Shown here piece by piece: positions 9,631 through 16,520 of a DNA stretch of 64,000 nucleotides. How positions within the stretch are numbered: position 1 is the stretch's first letter; each line of letters begins with the position of its first letter. Both the position numbers and the translations under genes were made by a program. The stretch lies in IMG/VR virus record IMGVR_UViG_3300033066_001842. One strand, given 5' to 3'. The notes under the pieces are model-generated. The model searched no databases. It had not been told where the DNA came from and saw nothing but the letters and a program-made list of their open reading frames with translations. This DNA comes from a virus.

Positions 9631-9910
9631 CTAAACTTTCATGACCATCTACAATAAAATTAAAAATCTTGTTTGGATCATGTACCCAAGCAAATTCCCA
9701 ATTGATTCCAAAATAAAAACCACAAAATACACAATTTGGAAAAAGCCTATTTACATAAACATCATCTACACAGTTGGGACAGTGTTGCTTCAAATAAAAT
9801 AAAGGTCTTTGCGGTCCTACTTCAGCGTGCAAATCCCAATTAATATAATCTTCAACAACCCGTAGTTGCCCGCTCTCGACAAGTTTTTGAAATTCTTTCC
9901 ATGAGATCAT
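9587..9910 (-). CDS. hypothetical Cys-rich small protein
   Basis: CPNCVDD...CVFCG zinc-ribbon-like pairs. Confidence 0.35.
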   Translation of the reverse strand: MISWKEFQKLVESGQLRVVEDYINWDLHAEVGPQRPLFYLKQHCPNCVDDVYVNRLFPNCVFCGFYFGINWEFAWVHDPNKIFNFIVDGHESLDVKEIRRDRPLRES

Positions 9911-10148
9911 AGTCTTTTAACCTTAAATTTTCGGGCATCTCTCTATCAAACCGTTCATAACAGAGCCCGTTATTATCCCAATACAAGACTCTTCCATCAG
10001 CGTGGACAGGGATACTCTCCACGAAAATGTCTACATCTGGGTTAAAAACCCAAACAATCCGCTTAACTTCATTGTTACGAAGAACCCAAGTCCCCGTGAA
10101 ATCTATCGTGGGCTTCTCCCTTTGAGGATCTAGCATTTGTATCTCCAT
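9852..10148 (-). CDS. hypothetical protein
   Basis: 98-aa ORF. Confidence 0.35.
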   Translation of the reverse strand: MEIQMLDPQREKPTIDFTGTWVLRNNEVKRIVWVFNPDVDIFVESIPVHADGRVLYWDNNGLCYERFDREMPENLRLKDYDLMERISKTCRERATTGC

Positions 10149-10338
10149 ACATATTTTCTAAAATCTCTACAGCCCTAGCTATATTAACAGCTTGAGCTAT
10201 TTGCACACTAATCATTAAGGGTGTGACATCCAACCCCTTACCTGAAAACTCTGCAATCCGCGATTGTTCTTTCAATTGTTCCAGTGCGGCTTGAATATCA
10301 GCACTCTTAGTTAAATCCAATTCTTTTTCTTGTTTCAT
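10075..10338 (-). CDS. hypothetical protein
   Basis: 87-aa ORF. Confidence 0.3.
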   Translation of the reverse strand: MKQEKELDLTKSADIQAALEQLKEQSRIAEFSGKGLDVTPLMISVQIAQAVNIARAVEILENMYGDTNARSSKGEAHDRFHGDLGSS

Positions 10339-11036
10339 TTACTTGCAAATGGCCATTCGCCAGTCCAATAATGGCCTCTCCACATTCTCAATCCGCCCTT
10401 TCCTGGCATAAAGGGTACAGCATATAACAATTGTACCGCATTTTTACCCATAAGCACAAGGGGGCGGTAGCCTTGCTCATAGAACGTTTTGGCCCTCTTA
10501 ATATCTTCCTGCAACAACCTCAAATACACGAACTGAGTTATAATGTCGCGTGGATGATAGGTACAAATAAATAGATTAGGGTCATAATCCACCAAATGAT
10601 TATCATACATACGGCACATATTTTCACTATTCTTTTTATGTGACGCAGTGGGGTAAACATTGTTTGGTGGTCTACATCTTAAAACGTTCGAAATCAAAAA
10701 ATCATCTCTAGTCAACCCCACATATGGGGCAACTTTAGTCCAAAATATCTCACCACCCTTCCCAGTCAACCCCGCATTATTTACAACATCAGCCGCTCCA
10801 GGGTGGTCACAAAGCAAAGCAATCTTTACATTGGTCCCCTTGCTGTCCGGGCAAAAGCCTTGTCCCGTATAACCGGACACGCAATTTCTGCAAGGTTGTG
10901 GTTTGGCCCCAACTCCTGCGCTAATATGAACGAGAGAATCCCAATCGGAAGGGTCACTTAAAGCAACCTTTCCTTTTGGGATCTCTTTCGTACTTCTATT
11001 TGGTAGACTTTTGTAGTCTACATTATGTAACGGCAT
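10335..11036 (-). CDS. uracil-DNA glycosylase family 4/5-like protein
   Basis: CRNCVSGYTGQGFC Cys cluster, DHPGAADVVNNAGLTGKGGEI (cf. GEAPG...G.PFvG.aG) and NVLRCRPP (cf. NvvkCRPP). Confidence 0.5.
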   Translation of the reverse strand: MPLHNVDYKSLPNRSTKEIPKGKVALSDPSDWDSLVHISAGVGAKPQPCRNCVSGYTGQGFCPDSKGTNVKIALLCDHPGAADVVNNAGLTGKGGEIFWTKVAPYVGLTRDDFLISNVLRCRPPNNVYPTASHKKNSENMCRMYDNHLVDYDPNLFICTYHPRDIITQFVYLRLLQEDIKRAKTFYEQGYRPLVLMGKNAVQLLYAVPFMPGKGGLRMWRGHYWTGEWPFASK

Positions 11037-11521
11037 TACGGTGCGTCAGTTGTCCAATACATTACAGTCAATGAATCACTGGCAGTAAACGGTCTGTACT
11101 CTGGTAGCGTTACCACAACCTGTTTGGGATTAGGGCCAGCTACAGGCTCCAGAAAATCTACCACATCTCCCCCAATCCTAGAACTCTTGAAACTGATTAT
11201 AATCGCCCCTACAGGCGTATAATTAAGATTGTAAGTAATAGGTTGCTGTGGGGCATCAGTAATAAACGTCAAACGTTGAATTACAATGCGTGGCACAGTT
11301 ACGGGGGCAACCGCATTCAGTCTCGGAGGGCTCACTGAAGTATCAATTGTCAATCCCGTTCCCAATGCTACACAAACTGGAACACTTACCAAATTGGCAC
11401 CCACACTAACAGGAATCGAAGCCGCAATTTGTACACTGTTGCCCTTACACTTCTGGTTATTCAACACAGAACTATTCTGTGCAAACAACCCAACTGCAAT
11501 TAACCCAATAAGTAGTTTCAT
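11036..11521 (-). CDS. secreted/exported hypothetical protein
   Basis: N-terminal signal-like MKLLIGLIAVGLFAQ. Confidence 0.4.
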   Translation of the reverse strand: MKLLIGLIAVGLFAQNSSVLNNQKCKGNSVQIAASIPVSVGANLVSVPVCVALGTGLTIDTSVSPPRLNAVAPVTVPRIVIQRLTFITDAPQQPITYNLNYTPVGAIIISFKSSRIGGDVVDFLEPVAGPNPKQVVVTLPEYRPFTASDSLTVMYWTTDAP

Positions 11522-11949
11522 ATTTTCTTACCACCTTCTTTCATTCTATTTTCTTTCTTGTGGTCTGGGCGATTTTTATTGTATTCAAATTTCTCAATAA
11601 TAGCCCCTTCCAAATCCAACTTCAAATATCCAGCTAAATCAAAAATTCGAATACAAGCATCCGCCAATTCAACCTCAATCATTAGACGATTGGGTAAATG
11701 GGTATCATACAAATCTTTCCGATAACCCTCTAAAGCCTCACTCAACTCGGAGTGAATCAAATCCAACTTACTAGCTACAAGAGTTTTATTGAAAAAATCT
11801 AACATTCCACGATTAGCAGAAGAAAGACTTAACAAATATTTAATATCAAGAGCTTCATCCCACCAACCCGAATTAAAAGAAGCAATATAACAAACCTTTT
11901 GCCAATCACTAATTGTGTATTGGTATCCTGGAGGAATTCCTTTATCCAT
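11518..11949 (-). CDS. MazG-like nucleotide pyrophosphohydrolase
   Basis: ELSEALEGYRKD...EVELADACIRIFDLAGY: the EXXE...E/D metal-binding helix pair of the MazG family. Confidence 0.55.
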   Translation of the reverse strand: MDKGIPPGYQYTISDWQKVCYIASFNSGWWDEALDIKYLLSLSSANRGMLDFFNKTLVASKLDLIHSELSEALEGYRKDLYDTHLPNRLMIEVELADACIRIFDLAGYLKLDLEGAIIEKFEYNKNRPDHKKENRMKEGGKKI

Positions 11950-13127
11950 TATTCTGGGTTAACCTTAAGTCCCAAATCTTTTGCAGTTTTAACAGCCAGC
12001 ATATCAGCAAGGGATAGCCCAATATTCCCACCATTGGCACCGCTACCCATAACGACACTGGGAGTAAGTGGATGTTTGCTGTCCTTAATAGCTTGAGCAT
12101 ATCTTTCATGAACATACTTATAAGCCTCCAATTTTTGAGACAAAGCACCGTCAGCACTCATGATAAGCCGACGTTTTTCCGCCTCACCCTGTCCTTCCAG
12201 AATCGCTTTTTGTTTACCAAATTCCGCCGCATCTTTCTGCAATTTCGCAACATCACGTTGTTGTTCTGCTTCAGTAACCGCTTGAGCTTTAATGACTTCC
12301 TGATCCCATTTGGCTTTAGCTGCCTGCGCCTCACCCTCTTTTGCGGCGGTAATTGCGCGTTGTTCGGCTTCTTTTGCTTGAGCAATAGCAGTCTGAACTT
12401 TCATAGCCAAAGCCTGTTGATCTTTGATTTGTGCTTCAACTTGTTTGTCGTAACTCAAATCCTTAATGGCGAAGTTGAACGTTTTCAACCCAAACTCATT
12501 CATTGCTGCTTGTTCCTGGCGTGCAATAAGCCCATTATTTGTTACAATTTGCACAACCGTAACAATCTTCATTTGCTTATCATTGATTGGGTCTGGAACT
12601 TGAATATCCTTTTGCACCGTCTTATAAACACCATTCTTGATTTGGTCTTCAATATAGTGCAAAAGATCATTTCTCTTTTCAGCCGCACTCTCTTTGGAAC
12701 TCATCAGGGGGCCGCTCAAATAAATACACTTGGAAACAGACGTACTCACCAAATTGCTATGTAGTGCCTCGGAGCTTCCATAAGCCTTATGAATCATAGT
12801 CAAATGCTTGCCATCCAAAGGCAATTCAATTTGAACACTTCCCTTTGCGGTTCCATGGCCATTGTCATTAAATCGAATCGGTTGCTCAAACGCATATGTA
12901 GAACGTCTGGGATATACAGTGAGCTTTCCAAAGCCCTGCCACTTCCAGCCCGGTTCGGTATGCCAAGTTAGCTCCCCACTCATGGGAGATTGGACGACCA
13001 TAATATCATGGGCATCCAAGTTTTCAAACATATTTGTAAACATTACGGTTGCAACAATGCAACCTAAAACAGCAAAAATCCCTTTGGCAATAAAACCAAA
13101 CGGACTCGATTCATTATCGTAGCGCAT
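11949..13127 (-). CDS. SPFH/band-7 (stomatin/prohibitin-like) membrane protein
   Basis: N-terminal TM helix, SPFH-like core, long A/E/Q/K-rich coiled-coil tail (AQAKEAEQRAITAAKEGEAQAAKAK...). Confidence 0.5.
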   Translation of the reverse strand: MRYDNESSPFGFIAKGIFAVLGCIVATVMFTNMFENLDAHDIMVVQSPMSGELTWHTEPGWKWQGFGKLTVYPRRSTYAFEQPIRFNDNGHGTAKGSVQIELPLDGKHLTMIHKAYGSSEALHSNLVSTSVSKCIYLSGPLMSSKESAAEKRNDLLHYIEDQIKNGVYKTVQKDIQVPDPINDKQMKIVTVVQIVTNNGLIARQEQAAMNEFGLKTFNFAIKDLSYDKQVEAQIKDQQALAMKVQTAIAQAKEAEQRAITAAKEGEAQAAKAKWDQEVIKAQAVTEAEQQRDVAKLQKDAAEFGKQKAILEGQGEAEKRRLIMSADGALSQKLEAYKYVHERYAQAIKDSKHPLTPSVVMGSGANGGNIGLSLADMLAVKTAKDLGLKVNPE

Positions 13128-13350
13128 CTTTTTCCTTTTCTAATTTTGCGTTTTCTTGGTTAAGTTTGTGTTTCAATTGTAGAAACTCACGATACTCTTC
13201 AATATCGTCAAGCTGTTTATACAATTTTTTCTTTTCTTTATATCTGAACGCTTGAAAAACTTTTTGTCCAGATAGTAGGGGATTAAAAACCTGATCGATG
13301 AAAAATACAACAATCAAAGCTATTCCAATTAATTCAACAAATTGGAGCAT
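13114..13350 (-). CDS. small membrane protein (overlaps the SPFH gene start; NfeD-like partner?)
   Basis: one TM helix IGIALIVVFFI then a charged coiled coil; 4-nt overlap with the downstream SPFH gene suggests translational coupling. Confidence 0.35.
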   Translation of the reverse strand: MLQFVELIGIALIVVFFIDQVFNPLLSGQKVFQAFRYKEKKKLYKQLDDIEEYREFLQLKHKLNQENAKLEKEKDALR

Positions 13351-13505
13351 ATTTTTTCCTTGTTTGAATTTTGAACTATATTTCGCAAATAGTAACAGAG
13401 GGTATTACCCTACCGCTCCCATATTGTAAAGAGCAATCAAACCTTTAGGGTTCTTTTACCCGTGGTGGGAGCAATAAACTATCGGCATCGGTTCAAAAAA
13501 GTTGT

Positions 13506-13638
13506 TGGATGGGGTGAGATTCGAACTCACAACCTCTCGTTTAGCATACGATAAAGTTAATCAAAACGGTTCAAATTTACGTTTGAACTAAAAGGTAGAC
13601 TAACAGTTTTTAGCGCTCTACCATTGAGCTACCCACCC
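13506..13638 (-). ncRNA. tRNA-like RNA with a ~70-nt insert replacing the anticodon arm (element E1)
   Basis: ends pair as a 7-bp acceptor stem GGGTGGG/CCCATCC; D-arm GCTC-AATGGTA-GAGC; T-arm GTGAG-TTCGAAT-CTCAC; discriminator A, no CCA; the insert has a CTAAAA/TTTTAG helix closing a 14-nt loop and a GTTCAAA/TTTGAAC hairpin. Confidence 0.45.
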
Positions 13639-13652
13639 ATAAAAAAATCGGA

Positions 13653-13781
13653 GATTGGTAAAGGGATTCGAACCCTTATTAGCGGCTCTGAATGCAATAA
13701 CCTTTATCTAGTCGGTTCTTATAGAACTAAAAAGGGCGACAAAGATGTTTTTACGCTGTCCTACCATTAGACGATACCAAT
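13653..13781 (-). ncRNA. tRNA-like RNA with a ~70-nt insert replacing the anticodon arm (element E2, paralogue of E1)
   Basis: acceptor ATTGGTA/TACCAAT perfect; D-arm GTCT-AATGGTA-GGAC; T-arm AAGGG-TTCGAAT-CCCTT; no CCA; the insert shares TAAAAAC, a 6-bp helix TAAAAA/TTTTTA closing a 14-nt loop, a GTTC-TATAA-GAAC hairpin and GAACCG with E1. Confidence 0.45.
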
Positions 13782-13856
13782 CATAAAAGAAAATAATTAG
13801 AACTAAAAAGGGCGAAAGAACGTTTTATTCACCACTTCCCCGTATTTGGAGCGCCT

Positions 13857-13930
13857 TTCCAGAATCGAACTGGATACCATTGTTTTGCAGACAATCGACT
13901 AACCATTTGTCTTAAAGTGCATATGGTGGG
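13857..13930 (-). tRNA. tRNA-Cys(GCA)
   Basis: acceptor GCACTTT/AAGGCGC (A3·C70 mismatch), perfect anticodon stem ATTGT/ACAAT with loop CTGCAAA, T-arm TCCAG-TTCGATT-CTGGA, CCA encoded. Confidence 0.65.
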
Positions 13931-13933
13931 GAA

Positions 13934-13961
13934 GGTAAGATTCGAACTTACTATTGATTAA
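13934..13961 (-). other. orphan tRNA 3' half (T-arm plus acceptor 3' strand plus CCA) with no matching 5' half
   Basis: minus-strand read GTAAG-TTCGAAT-CTTAC-CTTCCCC-A-CCA; no complementary GGGGAAG-type 5' strand within 130 nt upstream; the HNH gene starts 90 bp away. Confidence 0.3.
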
Positions 13962-14052
13962 TTATGAGTTAATTGTGTTTACCTATAATTCTTTCAAAGC
14001 GGTTCTAATCACTTTCTTATATCTCTATACTAACATAAATAATGGGAGCCCG

Positions 14053-14472
14053 TCAAGGATTCGATCTTCCATGTTCCCTAATTCTATGACAGTTGGCACA
14101 GAGAACAACACATTTTGAAATTTCGTCATTAAGTTTATCAATAGGACTTAAAGTCATATGACTTACATTATATTTCTTATCCAAAGCATCTAAATGGTGA
14201 AAATCCATTACATAAAAAGGAAATTTTTTATGACAATCGAAACAAGGTTTATTTTTAGCTTCCCTTATAATATTTCTATTTAGTGCTTGTTTTATAACAC
14301 GTTTAATAGCTATTTTTTCTAAACGTTTTTTATTAGTTTTACAATATAAACTATTATGATCTTTTTGACATTGTTTACACCAAGGCTGTTTATAAATTTT
14401 TCCACTTTTATAGCGCCTTATATTAAAACAAGTTAGAGCCTTATTTGTTTGACATCTATTACAAAACTTCAT
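14053..14472 (-). CDS. HNH homing endonuclease
   Basis: CFDCHKKFPFYVMDFHHLD...CANCHRIREH; the C-terminal half resembles the HNH at 825..1250. Confidence 0.7.
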   Translation of the reverse strand: MKFCNRCQTNKALTCFNIRRYKSGKIYKQPWCKQCQKDHNSLYCKTNKKRLEKIAIKRVIKQALNRNIIREAKNKPCFDCHKKFPFYVMDFHHLDALDKKYNVSHMTLSPIDKLNDEISKCVVLCANCHRIREHGRSNP

Positions 14473-14512
14473 TGACTTTGATTCTATTATAACATATCAA
14501 AGTCTTTTTTAT

Positions 14513-14586
14513 GGAAGCGAGAGAAGGAATCGAACCTTCGATCTAACTTTCAAAGAGTTACGTTTTACCAATTAAACTATCTCGCC
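14513..14586 (-). tRNA. tRNA-Gln(UUG)
   Basis: acceptor GGCGAGA/TCTCGCT, D-arm GTTT-AATTGGTA-AAAC, perfect anticodon stem TAACT/AGTTA with loop CTTTGAA, T-arm GAAGG-TTCGATT-CCTTC, CCA encoded. Confidence 0.7.
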
Positions 14587-14640
14587 ATAAATATGAGTCA
14601 AAGTCATTAGTCCTGCCAGTTGAACGAACGGGCCAAAACC

Positions 14641-14898
14641 CTATTCTAACATGGAAGGGTTATCAACAATTGATACATTCTTTCCGGGGCGTGCGAACCA
14701 TATCGTGTTTAGCTTCTTAGCGTTAGGAGCACCCCGCTTCATCCCACTATCCACAACCCAATTTTCTTTCACCAACTGAACTCTTGCGGGTCTTTCTGAG
14801 TCTGGGGCAATATGTAACCCCTTCTGAATTTCTTCATCCGTAGCCCCATGTGGCCCACGTCTGGAAATGAATTCATAAATCTGTTCTTTAATTGTCAC
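14641..14898 (-). CDS. hypothetical small protein (possible winged-helix DNA-binding)
   Basis: 85 aa, basic C-terminal half; weak. Confidence 0.3.
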   Translation of the reverse strand: MTIKEQIYEFISRRGPHGATDEEIQKGLHIAPDSERPARVQLVKENWVVDSGMKRGAPNAKKLNTIWFARPGKNVSIVDNPSMLE

Positions 14899-15077
14899 TT
14901 TTTTGGCCTACATTTTTGACAATCTTTGGCATTTCTGGCGGTAGTTTTAAAGCTTTCTTTGCATTTACGGCAAAAAAACTCTTTTTCTTCCATAATATGC
15001 AATCCGAATTTTCGTGGATTTGTAGACAAACTATGAAAACTATCCAGTTTCCCGTAATCTCTATAAATCTTAGGCAT
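14895..15077 (-). CDS. zinc-ribbon small protein
   Basis: CRKCKESF...CQKCRPKK. Confidence 0.3.
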   Translation of the reverse strand: MPKIYRDYGKLDSFHSLSTNPRKFGLHIMEEKEFFCRKCKESFKTTARNAKDCQKCRPKK

Positions 15078-15226
15078 AAAATCCTTTTATTAGCGGGGAG
15101 CCCGATATACCTTTTATGGACTCCCCTATAAGTTTTTGCTTAATAATTTGTAATCAGAGTAGCCCACCAACACTTGATGTTAATCGTTTTGTTCTACCGC
15201 TGAACTACTCCCGCATAAATATTTTG

Positions 15227-15256
15227 GGGCGGGAGCTTGGATTTGAACCAAGGCAT
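15227..15256 (-). other. second orphan tRNA 3' half, possibly the 3' end of a ~150-nt tRNA-like RNA extending to about 15377
   Basis: minus-strand read CTTGG-TTCAAAT-CCAAG-CTCCCGC-C-CCA; the best upstream partner, GCGGGTT at 15371-15377, gives only 5 of 7 pairs; TTTAAAAACTG motif inside, as in E1/E2. Confidence 0.25.
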
Positions 15257-15408
15257 AAACTTTAGAGTTGTCAGTTGATCTCTTTTGTAATTAAAAGCAG
15301 GTGAACCTTCGGGGTAAAAAGTTAAACTTAAAACATTTCAGTTTTTAAATCTAAACTTTAGCCTGAAGTTAGAAAGGGAAACCCGCTAGGGCTCCCTCCC
15401 CGAAATCG

Positions 15409-16155
15409 TTAAGCGAACAAATAATTCAGAAGGGTTTTCCCAACCTTAATATTCGTGTCCGCTTCAAACTCGTTTGCACGGGCTCTGGCTTTACGGATGG
15501 CGCGAATCAACATATCACACCGATCCAAAACCTCAGCCTTTTGTGCTGGTGTATACTTTGCTGACCATTCCTGTTTGGTAAGGGTTCCAACAGGAACGTC
15601 TTTATCAATCAATTGAACTTGTGCGGGATGCTTATCAGTAGCAGGAGCCAATGTAAGAACCTCTTTATCTTTCTTGGTTCTCACCCCCGTAACAACTCGC
15701 GCCTGATAAATCCCCTTACCCTTTTGTTCATCTGGGCGGAAAGCTTTAGCAGGATCAAGAGTAGGAATCGCACGCGCCAAATTCTGAACTTCTTTCAAAC
15801 TCTTTTCCAGCGCCAAAAGTGCAGTGGCGGGAATATTCTTCAAAAGAATAGTTCCATCCTCCAACACTACATCGGCTTTGGCTTGTGTGTTGGCCACATC
15901 GATTTGAACTGAGGAATCCATAGCTTTGGCTACAATTCCAGAAACCCAATCCAACTCATGCTCCACAGTGGTTTGAATATCCAACTGCTCTTCTGTAACA
16001 GGAGGACGCCCCTCTTCATTACTTTGAAAAGTAAGCAACTTCGATTCAAAAAGCTGCCCCTTATTAGTAAACGTTGTGGTTAAATCTCCAAGGGCTTTAG
16101 TAGCTTGCCCTGCAAGATTGGATTCTACAGCCAAAATTTCATGAAGTTTTGACAT
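15409..16155 (-). CDS. hypothetical protein
   Basis: 248-aa ORF between the tRNA-like region and the Ro60 orthologue; no motif recognised. Confidence 0.45.
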   Translation of the reverse strand: MSKLHEILAVESNLAGQATKALGDLTTTFTNKGQLFESKLLTFQSNEEGRPPVTEEQLDIQTTVEHELDWVSGIVAKAMDSSVQIDVANTQAKADVVLEDGTILLKNIPATALLALEKSLKEVQNLARAIPTLDPAKAFRPDEQKGKGIYQARVVTGVRTKKDKEVLTLAPATDKHPAQVQLIDKDVPVGTLTKQEWSAKYTPAQKAEVLDRCDMLIRAIRKARARANEFEADTNIKVGKTLLNYLFA

Positions 16156-16520
16156 TTTATTTTCCTATATTAGAAATAATTTTAGCTACTTTATCATAGT
16201 GTGTATTACACAAATCACACACACCTATTGCCATAGAAAACAAAATAATAAAGCGTTTAGAAACTTTTTCTTGGGTAGTAAACCCTGGATAATCGCAAAC
16301 TAAAACTTTTTTTCCATAAAAATTGATAGCCCCTTTTAAAAACACCTAAGCCACTTCCCGTCAAGTAGTTTGCTTTTGGTGTTAGCTTTTTGTATTGAGG
16401 TACATAAAAATTAGAGGCTATCAATTTTATCCTCGGACTAAATGGGTTGATCTAGGAGTTTTTTTGTTTACCAATTAAGCAATAACCCTAAATCGAGCGG
16501 CCCAAGGATTTTTTTTAGAA

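Noticed and set aside
12072-12764. 230-aa plus-strand ORF
   Set aside because: Antisense to the SPFH gene. Leu/Phe-rich shadow translation.
13506-13781. Group I intron-containing tRNAs
   Set aside because: The inserts are about 70 nt, far below the ~200-nt minimum for a group I core, and no P7/P3 pairing elements are visible. Also, no ordinary anticodon arm can be formed after excising a simple intron.
15227-15400. Possible tmRNA (GGGG... start on the minus strand, T-arm plus CCA end)
   Set aside because: The 5' GGGGAGG does not pair with the 3' acceptor strand. The length (about 170 nt) is half that of tmRNA, and no tag-peptide reading frame ending in a hydrophobic ALAA-like tail is visible.
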